From: an uncultured Spirochaetota bacterium
Lineage (GTDB): Bacteria; Spirochaetota; Spirochaetia; SZUA-6; Fen-1364
DNA: 64,000 nucleotides
Direction: 5' to 3'
Assembly (NCBI GenBank): GCA_963781885.1
Contig: CAWAHW010000004.1
Location: forward strand, 480,001 to 544,000
The notes below the pieces were generated by a model that saw nothing but the letters and a program-made list of their open reading frames with translations, was not told the origin of the DNA and did not search any database. The position numbers and the translations under genes are program-made. This document shows, in pieces, positions 19,820-29,024 of this stretch; within the stretch, counting starts at the first letter, position 1; each line of letters begins with the position of its first letter.

Positions 19820-20858
19820 CGGTCGCTGCGCGGGCGAGCCTGGCGGCCGCCCATCGTGCCGTTTCGCGCAAAAGCCGCGATTCATCTGAGCAGTAGCTTT
19901 CTATGACGGCGGCGAGTGAAGGCTCGCCGCTATTGCCCGCGGCGACCAGCGCATTGCGCAGAAGCGCCTCGACGGGAAGCCACGATACGCCCAGCGCCGT
20001 TCCTTTCAGGAAGGAGGCGCGCGCCACGGGGCTCATGCCCAGGAAACGCCGAAGGGAGATACCGGCCCCTATCTCGCCCTCCGCGACGGGCGCGGGGATT
20101 CTGAGCGCCGCATTGTGCGGACAGGCATCCTGGCAGTCCTGGCAGCCGTAGAGGCGCATGCCCCACGCCTCCCCGGCAAAGTCGGGAAAGGGTCGCGTCG
20201 AGCCTGCAAGCGACTGCAGGCACCGTGTCTGGTCCACGACGTAAGGCTCGGACAGCGCGCCCGCCGGGCAGGCAGCGGCGCAGCGACGGCAGCTGGCGCA
20301 GGGGTCGCCGTTGAAAGGGGCCGTGGTGGCGGCATCGGTTTTTTCCGGCGCGACGACCACGGGCAGCAGGACCCCCGCGATGACGAAATGCGAGCCAAGC
20401 CCGGGCACCAGCAGGAGGCCATTTTTGCCGTATGCCCCGATGCCCGATGCGGCGAGCAGGGGCTTTTCCGGGATGCGTGAATTGGAGAACAGGCGTATCG
20501 ACGAACGCGGGATGCCGAGCTCGCGCTCGAGGCGAAGACAGACGGTCCGCAGCAGCCGCACGGCCGTCCTGTAATAGTGGGCGCGGGCAAAAGGCGCGAT
20601 CAGGCCGTGCGGATCGCCCGAAAGGGCTGCATCGACAGAATCGTCCCGGTGACAGGACAGGCAGCAAACGAGTATCGAATGGGATCCGCTCCACCGGTCG
20701 GACTCCAGGAGCCAGTCCCACTCCATGCCCTTCAGGTGATCCTGCTCCCGCACCTCAGGCCGCAGGATTTTCTGCGCGCGCAGCGACAACAGCGGAAGAC
20801 GGGAAGGGTCGACAAAGGCGGCGCGGTGGAAGCCCGCTTCCCGGGCGTATGATTCCAC
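19797..20858 (-). CDS. queG: Epoxyqueuosine reductase QueG-like protein; start uncertain
   Basis: IAPFARAHYY, PEKPL, GIGAYGKN, CxxCxxCxxxCP, YGCQDCQDACPHN and LLRNALVAAGN (HEAT-like tail). Confidence 0.8.
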   Translation of the reverse strand: MESYAREAGFHRAAFVDPSRLPLLSLRAQKILRPEVREQDHLKGMEWDWLLESDRWSGSHSILVCCLSCHRDDSVDAALSGDPHGLIAPFARAHYYRTAVRLLRTVCLRLERELGIPRSSIRLFSNSRIPEKPLLAASGIGAYGKNGLLLVPGLGSHFVIAGVLLPVVVAPEKTDAATTAPFNGDPCASCRRCAAACPAGALSEPYVVDQTRCLQSLAGSTRPFPDFAGEAWGMRLYGCQDCQDACPHNAALRIPAPVAEGEIGAGISLRRFLGMSPVARASFLKGTALGVSWLPVEALLRNALVAAGNSGEPSLAAVIESYCSDESRLLRETARWAAARLARAATATCGCRS

Positions 20859-20881
20859 CGTGCCGCGCGGGATGCCGCCGG

Positions 20882-21046
20882 TCAGTCCGTGCTCTTCTCG
20901 AAGTCTTCCTTGCTCGCGCCGCATACCGGACACACCCAGTCTGCGGGGAGCTTTTCGAAGGGAGTCCCCGCTGCGATACCGGCCTCGGGATCGCCTTTCG
21001 CGGGATCATAAATGTACCCGCACACGGTGCATACCCACTTGTCCAT
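20882..21046 (-). CDS. Rubredoxin
   Basis: [10 protein letters not shown]...WVCPVCG in a 54-aa protein. AGAGGAG SD. Confidence 0.95.
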   Translation of the reverse strand: MDKWVCTVCGYIYDPAKGDPEAGIAAGTPFEKLPADWVCPVCGASKEDFEKSTD

Positions 21047-21122
21047 GGCCGCTCCTCTCTCGTGATTACGCGGAAGAATATCTGAATATGGGCCCGGGAT
21101 CAACCAGAATCGGCAGAAATCA

Positions 21123-21151
21123 TTGACAGCAGGTACCTTTTTCCCTACGCT
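21123..21151 (+). promoter_or_regulatory. Putative sigma70 promoter, (near-)leaderless
   Basis: TTGACA-N17-TACGCT-N8-ATG(21160). Confidence 0.6.
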
Positions 21152-21159
21152 AAGAGATT

Positions 21160-22725
21160 ATGGGCCCTCAGGCCTCCAAGACGCCCCCGCAGCAGAAGTC
21201 CGCATTCCCCGCGAAGCCGGCCGGTTTTCTGGACCGGCTGGTCGCCCTGTTCGCAAGCGACGACCCGGAACGCCAGAAGCAGCGGCAGCTGCGGGACATC
21301 GCGAACGATCTCCGACGCAGCCGCCTGCACTTCTACAATCCCCAGAAGGCGACCGTGGAGCCGGGCCTGGCCCGTTTCCTCTGGGAGATCTACAAGGCCG
21401 TTGCCGCGGCGCAGGTGCTTGTCAAAGGGGCCGAGGTTTCCGGGGCGCTGAAAATGACGCTCGTGGACTCCTCCTTGTCGGAGGAGCAGGCCCTTCTCAA
21501 GGAAAGGTTGTCGGAGAAATCCATCGACGAGCGCGCCCGCAAGGGCATCGATCCCGCCGCGCTGGAAGCGGAAGTGAAACGGGACGTGAAGACCCTGCTG
21601 GAAGGGATCGACACGAACTGGATGAACGATCTGGACGCGCTGTTCAACAGGCTCCTCGTGCTCTTGGATCTCATCGGCTTCGACTATTTCTTCCTCCTCA
21701 AGAAGTTCGATCCCGGACTGCCCGAGCGGGACTTCTCCTACAATCCGCGCTTTGAGGCGGTGGAAGCGACCAGCGTCCTTGGCGAGCTGCAGGACTTCCT
21801 GGAAATCCTGCCGAACGTCGACCCCGACGCGGATTGGGACCGCATGCTCGCCGCTCTGAAGGAGCACCGCGGCATCAACGTCGTCTCCCGGGAGGCGCTG
21901 CGCAAAGCCATCCAGCTCATCCGCGACGTGCAGAAGAGCGGCCTCATGCCCCTCATCGTCCGGCACGCGATGCAGAACCCGTCGTGGAAGCCGCTCGTCC
22001 GCACGCACCGCGACCATATCGTCGAGCCCTACCTGTCGAAGCTCAAGGCGGAGGCGGAGACGACGGCGAAGAAGGTGGCCCACGGCCGGCACAGCGAAAA
22101 GCTGGAGGAGCTCGCGCGCGCGGTCTTCGGCTCGGGCTCCGTGGAAAAGCTCTCCCACTATTCGGAGGCCTCCAACCCCGAATACGCCCAGAAGATGCTC
22201 GGCGGCTTCCTCTACGTCTCCGCGCTGAACTACCTGCGCGCCTTCCTCGTGGAGTACCTGCCGAAGAGCATCCGCGAGGTCGTGGACCTCCTCATCATCA
22301 AGGGCAAGTGGGCAAACAACCAGCCCTCCCAGCAGATGTCGGAGGCGTTCCACCAGCTCCTGGCGGTGAGCGAAAAGATCGGGCGATTCGACACGGACCT
22401 CGCGGAGGACGGCGAGCTCGGGCGCCGCCTCAAGACCATTGCGCTGCGCACGGAAAGGGACCGCAAGGCAGTGGTCCAGCTCCGCATGGCCCTCCAGCAG
22501 GTGAACGATGAAGCGCGCACGTTGATCGGCGACTCGATCCAGCACTTCGTCGCCATCGCACGGGTGCTGAAGCTCGCGCACGAGGACATCGGCAAGGCGA
22601 ATCCCGCTTTCCTGGTGAACTGGAAAGAGCTGAAGCCCGCCTCCGACAAGGACCTGCGGGTGGTTGTCGCGGCCGTCTACAAGAAGATCTACAACTTCGT
22701 CCAGCTCATGCAGATGTACAAGTAG
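21160..22725 (+). CDS. Conserved spirochete helical protein (DUF5312-like)
   Basis: 521-aa ORF with coding-like codon bias. The FDYFFLLKKFD motif is recalled from spirochete DUF5312 proteins. Confidence 0.7.
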   Translation: MGPQASKTPPQQKSAFPAKPAGFLDRLVALFASDDPERQKQRQLRDIANDLRRSRLHFYNPQKATVEPGLARFLWEIYKAVAAAQVLVKGAEVSGALKMTLVDSSLSEEQALLKERLSEKSIDERARKGIDPAALEAEVKRDVKTLLEGIDTNWMNDLDALFNRLLVLLDLIGFDYFFLLKKFDPGLPERDFSYNPRFEAVEATSVLGELQDFLEILPNVDPDADWDRMLAALKEHRGINVVSREALRKAIQLIRDVQKSGLMPLIVRHAMQNPSWKPLVRTHRDHIVEPYLSKLKAEAETTAKKVAHGRHSEKLEELARAVFGSGSVEKLSHYSEASNPEYAQKMLGGFLYVSALNYLRAFLVEYLPKSIREVVDLLIIKGKWANNQPSQQMSEAFHQLLAVSEKIGRFDTDLAEDGELGRRLKTIALRTERDRKAVVQLRMALQQVNDEARTLIGDSIQHFVAIARVLKLAHEDIGKANPAFLVNWKELKPASDKDLRVVVAAVYKKIYNFVQLMQMYK

Positions 22726-22737
22726 GGAAATCCCGGG

Positions 22738-23238
22738 TCACCTTCGCCCTGCCCTGCTCTTCTGCACGTAGGCGGGGATGATGCCCAGCTCCACGTATCT
22801 CTTCCACACGGGCTCGGGAAGGTCGCGGCCGTCACCGATCCTGCGCCGGCAGGATGGCGCGCCGCAGTGGCAGTCCATGACGAAATCGTTCTCATCGAGC
22901 GTCGTGGAGTAATCGAATAAAATCTCCTCCCCTGCCGCGATGTCGCGTATGGCGACAAGATCCACCGTCGTGCCGTCGATGACCACGCCCGCGTTCGGCT
23001 CGCAGGAATGGTTGACGAAGTCGTCGGGGCCGCCGTCTGCGCCGATGTAGAGATCGGGGCCGATCTGCAGGGCGTACGTCGTCGCCGAGGTTTCCGCGTA
23101 ACGCAGAAAGGGTCCGGAGAAGCGGAGGATCCATGCCGCGGCAGGGATGGGCTCCCCGGCAAACACCCCGCGCGCATGCGTGCCCTGCTTCACGATCAGG
23201 GACGGTGCGCGCCGACCCGCCTGCCCGCCCGTGCTCAC
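22738..23238 (-). CDS. SET-domain protein-lysine methyltransferase with post-SET motif
   Basis: RGVFAGEPI, FVNHSCEPN, RDIAAGEEILFDY and CHCGAPSCR motifs. The GTG start overlaps the rel TGA. Confidence 0.9.
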   Translation of the reverse strand: MSTGGQAGRRAPSLIVKQGTHARGVFAGEPIPAAAWILRFSGPFLRYAETSATTYALQIGPDLYIGADGGPDDFVNHSCEPNAGVVIDGTTVDLVAIRDIAAGEEILFDYSTTLDENDFVMDCHCGAPSCRRRIGDGRDLPEPVWKRYVELGIIPAYVQKSRAGRR

Positions 23239-25358
23239 GGCGTGCCCCCGGGCTGGATGTTCACCACCGACGGGATGGTGCGCAGGCTCTTCAAGACCCG
23301 GCCGAAATCCTCGCGGTTGTCCAGCTCCACGGTGAAGGCGCCGCGCAGGAGCTCGTTGCCGCTTTCTTCCAGCTTGCCCTCGATGAGATGGCCGCCCACC
23401 TTCTTCAGTGCCCCCTCGATCTCGGAGAACAGGTTCGACGCCAGGCGCGCGGTGACGAGGAAGCGCCGCGTGGATTTCGGCGACACCATTTCCCATTCCA
23501 CGTCGATGCTGCGCTCGGCGAAGTCCTTGATGGAGGCGATGCTCGGGCAGCCGATCTTGTGCACGGTGATGCCGCGGCCGCGCGAGACGTAGCCGACGAT
23601 CGCGTCACCGGTGGATGGCGTGCAGCATTGCGCCAGACGGATCATGATGTTGCGCTCTTCGCCGATGCGGATCGATACCTTCGACGCGTCGCGAAGCTGC
23701 GTCTCAGGCTCCACCGGCTCGACGGGAGACCCGGGCGCCGGTTTGCCGGGCTTCTGGAACACGAGCGGAGGGGCCGGCTCTTCCTTCTTCCGCGCGACGA
23801 TGTTGCGGTCGAAGATCAGGCCGGGCTCGTTCTGGCCGAGCCAGTGCTTGATCTTGGACCTGGCCTTGGATGTCTTCACGTAGCGCAGCCAGTCGAGGTG
23901 GGGATGCGCCGTCTTCGACGTCATGATCTCCACGACCTGCGTGTTCTTCAGCGGCTCCTTCAGCGGGATGATGACCCCGTCCGCCTTGGCCCCCGTGCAG
24001 CTGTCGCCGATGTCGGTGTGGATATGGTAGGCAAAATCGATTGCGGTGGATCCGTAGGGCAACTCCACGACGTCGCCCTTGGGCGTGAAGACATAGATGG
24101 AATCCCGCAGAAGCTCGCGCTTGATCTCGTCGAGGAAATCGCCCGAATGCGCCCCGCCCTGCCACTCCCGCAGCTTGTTGATGAGGGAGAGCTCCTTGGT
24201 CTTCTCCTCTTCCTTGCGCACGCCGCTCTTGTACAGCCAGTGCGCGGCGATGCCGTTCTCCGCCGTCTGGTGCATGGCGTGGGTGCGGATCTGGATCTCG
24301 ATGATCTTGCCCTCGTACCCCATGACCGTCGTGTGGAGGCTCTGGTAGCGGTTGGACTTCGGCATGGCAATGTAGTCCTTGAAACGCCCCTCCATTGGCA
24401 TCCAGAGCTTGTGGACGAGCCCCAGGAGCTCGTAGCACTGGCTGGTCGTGTCACACTGCACCCGCAGACCCAGGAGGTCGTAGATCTCCTCCAGCGGTTT
24501 GCCGCGCCGCCGCATCTTCTGGTAAATCGAATAGAAGTGCTTCGCGCGGGTTTCGATCTCTATTGCGATGCCGGCCTCGCGCGCTTCCCGGGTGATGGCC
24601 TCCTTCACCCGGTCGAGGTAGCTCGCGCGCTCGCTCCGCCGATCGGCCACGTACTGGCGGATCTGGTCGTAGACGGCCGGCTGCAGATGCTTGAGGCTCA
24701 GGTCCTCCAGCTCGTCCTTGATGCGCGAGATGCCGAGCCTTCCCGCCAGGGGTGCGTAGATGTCGAGCGTCTCCATCGCGATGCGCTTGCGCGCCTCCTC
24801 CTCCAGGAAGCCCAGCGTGCGCATGTTGTGCAGCTTGTCGGCAAGCTTGATGAGGATCACCCGCACGTCCTTCACCATGGCGAAGAGCATCTTGCGGATC
24901 GTCTCGGCGTGCTGGATCGTGCGGGACGAGCGGCCGCGGAGAACGGAGATCTTCGTGACGCCCTGGACGAGCTGCTCCACCTCCTTGCCGAACTCCTTGC
25001 GCAGCGCTGCCTTGCTCGTCTCGGTGTCCTCCAGCACGTCGTGGAGGAGCGCGGCAATGACGCCTTCCGCGTCCATGTGGATGTCGACGAGGATGGAAGC
25101 GACAGAGAGCGGATGGATGAAGAAGGGATCGCCCGATGCGCGCTTCTGCTCGCCGTGGAGCCGGCGCGCCCAGTCCGCCGCGGAGTGTATCTTGTCTTTT
25201 TCCTCGTCGGTGTAGGCGGCGAGCTTTTCCTCGAAGTAGGTGAGAAGCTCCGCAACCTCGGCGCTGGCGTGCGCGGCGACCCTCGCATCCATGGCCGCGC
25301 GGTCGGCAGGATCCGGCTCCTTTGGGGCGAGTCCCGCCGGCACTCCCAGCTCAGCCAT
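23235..25358 (-). CDS. relA: Bifunctional (p)ppGpp synthetase/hydrolase (RelA/SpoT family); start approximate
   Basis: HD motif LLHDVLED, IKLADKLHNMRT, RFKDYIAMPK, YQSLHTT, EIQIRT, TGS (DFAYHIHT), CC-P/HxxxC and a C-terminal ACT. Confidence 0.95.
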   Translation of the reverse strand: MAELGVPAGLAPKEPDPADRAAMDARVAAHASAEVAELLTYFEEKLAAYTDEEKDKIHSAADWARRLHGEQKRASGDPFFIHPLSVASILVDIHMDAEGVIAALLHDVLEDTETSKAALRKEFGKEVEQLVQGVTKISVLRGRSSRTIQHAETIRKMLFAMVKDVRVILIKLADKLHNMRTLGFLEEEARKRIAMETLDIYAPLAGRLGISRIKDELEDLSLKHLQPAVYDQIRQYVADRRSERASYLDRVKEAITREAREAGIAIEIETRAKHFYSIYQKMRRRGKPLEEIYDLLGLRVQCDTTSQCYELLGLVHKLWMPMEGRFKDYIAMPKSNRYQSLHTTVMGYEGKIIEIQIRTHAMHQTAENGIAAHWLYKSGVRKEEEKTKELSLINKLREWQGGAHSGDFLDEIKRELLRDSIYVFTPKGDVVELPYGSTAIDFAYHIHTDIGDSCTGAKADGVIIPLKEPLKNTQVVEIMTSKTAHPHLDWLRYVKTSKARSKIKHWLGQNEPGLIFDRNIVARKKEEPAPPLVFQKPGKPAPGSPVEPVEPETQLRDASKVSIRIGEERNIMIRLAQCCTPSTGDAIVGYVSRGRGITVHKIGCPSIASIKDFAERSIDVEWEMVSPKSTRRFLVTARLASNLFSEIEGALKKVGGHLIEGKLEESGNELLRGAFTVELDNREDFGRVLKSLRTIPSVVNIQPGGTP

Positions 25359-26310
25359 CGCCGGCCACTCCCTCGCGCTCCTGGCGCGGTTGTGGCATTT
25401 CGCCGGCCGCTCCCGGTAGCATTTCGCCGGCGCTTCTCTCCCGCAGGGCAGTCGGCGGTTCGGCCGCGGCAGGAGCCAGGCGCCCGGCAATCACGCGGTC
25501 GGCGCCGCCGAGGTCCTTTTCCACGTCGATGGTGTGGAAGCCTGCCTGGTCCATGAGCGCGTACAGACGATTGAACTGCAGGGGCGCGGCCTCCAGGAGG
25601 AGCCATCCGCCGGGCGAGAGCAGCCGGGGGGCCGAGCGGATGAGCCGCGCGGCAAGCGCGGTGCCATCGACGCCGCCCCTCAGCGCGAGCTCGGGCTCGG
25701 GCCAGCCTAGCGCCTGCATCTCCCTCACCTCTGCGTCCTTCAGGTACGGGGGATTGCCCACGATGACGTCGAAGGGACCGGGGACGCCATCGAGCAGGTC
25801 GGCGCGATAGGTGGCAAGCTCCGTGCCGAGGAGGCGCCGCGCGTTCATCGTCGCGACCGCAAGCGCATCCGTGGAGATGTCCGACGCGCTCACCTCCAGG
25901 TCAGGCACGGCGCGCTTCACGCTGATGCCGACGCATCCCGAGCCGGTGCAGGCGTCGTGGACGCGGCGCAGCTTGGGATCGCTCCGCACGAGCTGGAGCA
26001 CCTTCTCCACGAGCACCTCGGTGTCGGGGCGCGGCACGAGCACGCGCTCGTCCACGTAGAAGTCAAGGCCGTAGAACTCCTTCGCCCGCCGGATGTATGA
26101 CACCGGTGTCCCGGCGCAGCGGCGGTCCACGAGCCCGCGGAATCGCTCCTCGATGGATGGCTCCACCTCGTCGGGCAGCGCGGCGAGCAGCTTCTCTTTC
26201 GTGACGTCCAGGGCGTGCGCAAGGAGGACGAGCGCGTCGAGCAGCGGGGAGTCCACCTCGGCAAAGAACAAGGTGTCATAGCCCTCCGCGAGCAGGGAAC
26301 GGACCGTCAT
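25351..26310 (-). CDS. prmC: Release factor glutamine methyltransferase
   Basis: [17 protein letters not shown] and NPPY motifs. Directly downstream of prfA. Confidence 0.93.
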   Translation of the reverse strand: MTVRSLLAEGYDTLFFAEVDSPLLDALVLLAHALDVTKEKLLAALPDEVEPSIEERFRGLVDRRCAGTPVSYIRRAKEFYGLDFYVDERVLVPRPDTEVLVEKVLQLVRSDPKLRRVHDACTGSGCVGISVKRAVPDLEVSASDISTDALAVATMNARRLLGTELATYRADLLDGVPGPFDVIVGNPPYLKDAEVREMQALGWPEPELALRGGVDGTALAARLIRSAPRLLSPGGWLLLEAAPLQFNRLYALMDQAGFHTIDVEKDLGGADRVIAGRLAPAAAEPPTALRERSAGEMLPGAAGEMPQPRQEREGVAGDG

Positions 26311-27428
26311 GTCTCATCATCGGCCGGCTTCGCCGGCCGATGCGCGGCCTCCGACCGCGCGGGGCTCTCCGAGCTCAGGGCCGTTTCCTGCGCGTGGAGT
26401 CGAAGGGCACTGGAGAACTCGTCGATCTCCCCCTTCATCACCGCGTCCAGCTTGTAGAGGGTGAGATTGATGCGATGGTCAGTCGCCCGGTTCTGCGGGA
26501 AGTTGTACGTGCGGATCTTCTCCGCGCGGTCCCCGGAACCGATCTGGCTCTTGCGCGCCTGGGCGCGCTCCGCGTGCTTGCGCTCTTCTTCGGCCTCGTA
26601 GAGCCGCGCGCGGAGGATGCGCAGCGCCTTTGCCTTGTTCTTGTGCTGGCTCTTCTCATCCTGGCAGTGCACGACGATGCCCGACGGGAGATGCGTGATG
26701 CGGACCGCCGAGTCGGTGGTGTTCACGCTCTGGCCGCCCGGGCCGCCCGACCGCATGACATCGATGCGCAGGTCGTTCGGGTTGATGTCGATCTCCGTCT
26801 CTTCCACCTCGGGAAGGACGGCAACCGACGCCGTGGAGGTGTGGATGCGGCCGCCGGCCTCCGTGACGGGCACGCGCTGGACGCGGTGGACGCCGCTTTC
26901 GTAGCGCAGGCGCGCGTAGACCTCTTTTCCGGTGATGGAAGAGATGATCTCCTTGAAGCCGCCGATGCCCGTGGGGCTGGAGGACATGATCTCCAGCTTC
27001 CATTTGCGGGAATCGGCATAGTAGGAGTACATGCGGAAGAGGTCCGCGGCAAAGAGCGCCGCCTCGTCCCCCCCCGTGCCGGCGCGTATCTCCACGATGA
27101 CGTTCTTGTCGTCAAGGGGATCGCGCGGCACCAGGAGCACCTTCAGCCGCTCCTCCGACTCCGCGCGGCGTTTCTCCAGGCCCGCGAGCTCTTCGCGCGC
27201 CATTTCCGCGAGCTCCTTGTCGCCGACGGACTCCGCGAGCTCACGGTTGGAGGCGATCTCCGCCTCCACGGCCCGCAGCCGTGCGAACTCCTCCATCAGC
27301 GTCGAAAGGGATGCGTGCTCCTGGCGCAGCTCCCGGTAGCGCTTCTGGTCCCTGATCACGTCAGGATCGGAAATGAGGCTTTCCAGCTCCTCGTAGCGTT
27401 TCCTGCTTTTTTCCAGCTTGTCGATCAC
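26307..27428 (-). CDS. prfA: Peptide chain release factor 1
   Basis: [14 protein letters not shown] tripeptide, GGQ and KIRTYNFPQ motifs. Confidence 0.97.
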   Translation of the reverse strand: MIDKLEKSRKRYEELESLISDPDVIRDQKRYRELRQEHASLSTLMEEFARLRAVEAEIASNRELAESVGDKELAEMAREELAGLEKRRAESEERLKVLLVPRDPLDDKNVIVEIRAGTGGDEAALFAADLFRMYSYYADSRKWKLEIMSSSPTGIGGFKEIISSITGKEVYARLRYESGVHRVQRVPVTEAGGRIHTSTASVAVLPEVEETEIDINPNDLRIDVMRSGGPGGQSVNTTDSAVRITHLPSGIVVHCQDEKSQHKNKAKALRILRARLYEAEEERKHAERAQARKSQIGSGDRAEKIRTYNFPQNRATDHRINLTLYKLDAVMKGEIDEFSSALRLHAQETALSSESPARSEAAHRPAKPADDET

Positions 27429-27434
27429 ATGCTC

Positions 27435-27463
27435 AGGGTAACAAAAATGAAGGGGCCGATCAA
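27435..27463 (-). promoter_or_regulatory. Putative sigma70 promoter of prfA, leaderless architecture
   Basis: TTGATC-N17-TACCCT-N6-GTG(27428). Confidence 0.6.
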
Positions 27464-27497
27464 CGACGTCACTCCTGGCGCGTGAGGACGCGCGGCC

Positions 27498-28833
27498 TCA
27501 GGCGCCCAGGATGCCCTTGATCTCCTCGGCCCGCTTCTGCGCCGTGGCAGCGTCCCGTGCCTCCAGCCGCAGACGGAGCAGGGGCTCGGTGTTGCTCGGC
27601 CGTACATTGAACCAGAAATCGTCGAAGGTGATGGAGATGCCGTCCATCGTGTCGATCCTGCCCGCCGCGAATTTGGTCCGGATGGCCGCCATGGCCTTGT
27701 CCTTGTCGGCAACCTCGACATTGATCTCGGGCGACTGCGCGTAACGGCCGCGCAGCGGAGCGACCAGCTCGGAGAGGGGCCGATTCCGGGTCGAGAGCAG
27801 GCGGAGGAGCACCGCCAGCGCATACGACGCGGACTCGGTATAATAGGTATCGCTCACCTTGAAATAGACGTGCCCCGAGGTTTCCGCGCCAAATATCGCG
27901 CGGGAGGAGACCATGCGGTCGTAGAGATACGTGTAGCCGACCCGGGAAACGATGGGCGTCCCGCCCGCCTCCTTGATGCGCTCGGGAAGCACGCGGGAGG
28001 AAATGAGATCGTAGACAATGGAGGCGCCCGGCGTACGGGAGAGAAGCGCCTCCGCCACGAGGCAGGAGAGGAAGTAATTCTCGATGGCGACGCCTTTTTC
28101 ATCCACGAAGAGGATGCGGTCTCCATCGCCGTCGAGGATGACCCCGAATGCCGCGCCTCGTTCCACGACGGCTTTCGCCGCCTGAATCTTGGACTCCTCC
28201 TTCAACGGATTGGGATCATGGTGCGGGAATGTCCCGTCGGGATTCTCATTCAGGATGACGGCATCGACCGAGAGCAGCTCCGTGACGCGGCGGAAGCCCC
28301 TGCCCGGCCGACCCGTTGGAGACGTCGATGACAATGGGCTGCGTGAACCGCGCCCCGGCTGCCGCCGCGGCGACGAAGCGCGCGTAGGTGTCCAGGCCGT
28401 CCACCTCGGGGAAGTCGCGGACAGGGACGACCGCGGGTGCCGGAATCTTTGCAACGATGGTCTCGATGTCCGAAAGGCCCTTGTCGTAGCTGATCGAGCC
28501 GCCCGTTGCGTCGAACACTTTGAAGCCGTGATATTCGGGGGGATTGTGCGACGCGGTCACCATGACCGCCGCAGGGGCCTTGCGGTCCATCTGCGTGAAA
28601 TGAAGGAGAGGAGTGCTCACGAGGCCGACGCCCGTCACCGTCACGCCTTCGTCCATGAGGCCGGCGGCGAGCGCCCGGTAGAGCTCGGCAGAGTGCACGC
28701 GCGCGTCGTAGCCGATCATGAAAGCCGCGGCATGCAGATGCCGCGGAAGAGCACGGCCCAGCCGATAGGCCAGAGCGTCATCCACGCCCTGTCCCCAGAC
28801 ACCCCTGACGTCGTACGTCTTGAACACACCCAT
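27498..28833 (-). CDS. Phosphomannomutase/phosphoglucomutase; one frameshift near 28298
   Basis: FKTYDVRG and TASHNP in one frame; DGDGDR, GAETSGH and VRPSNTEP in another. The junction falls in a G run. Confidence 0.9.
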
Positions 28834-28871
28834 GTCGCTGTCATAGCACGAGCGCCTGCCGATGGATAGAT

Positions 28872-28943
28872 GCTCTGCACCGTACGCGGTGCATTCGCTC
28901 TGCACCGCGTACGGTGCAGAGCGAAATACGCGGGGTACCGCGT
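28872..28943. repeat. Cluster of three palindromic hairpin elements, including a perfect 22-bp inverted doublet
   Basis: 28872-28893 GCTCTGCACCGTACGCGGTGCA is the exact reverse complement of 28901-28922. A third copy, ACGCGG-ggta-CCGCGT, lies at 28928-28943. Confidence 0.8.
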
Positions 28944-28947
28944 TGGG

Positions 28948-28976
28948 TTGACATGGGGGTGCACTGTTTGTACCTT
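28948..28976 (+). promoter_or_regulatory. Putative sigma70 promoter of the acyl-CoA ligase
   Basis: TTGACA-N17-TACCTT. Confidence 0.6.
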
Positions 28977-29024
28977 GACCCGGGCGTGTCGCCGCGCAAA
29001 GAACCCAGAACAGGGAAGGGAGAG

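Noticed and set aside
25395-25431. 13-bp direct repeat GCATTTCGCCGGC in the prmC tail (AGEM x2)
   Set aside because: Only two copies, 24 bp apart, in a low-complexity C-terminal extension; probably local slippage.
28876-28918. TGCAC...GTGCA palindromes as NtrC sites
   Set aside because: The spacing is N8 rather than N7, no sigma54 box is visible nearby, and the arms covary with other members of the hairpin family.
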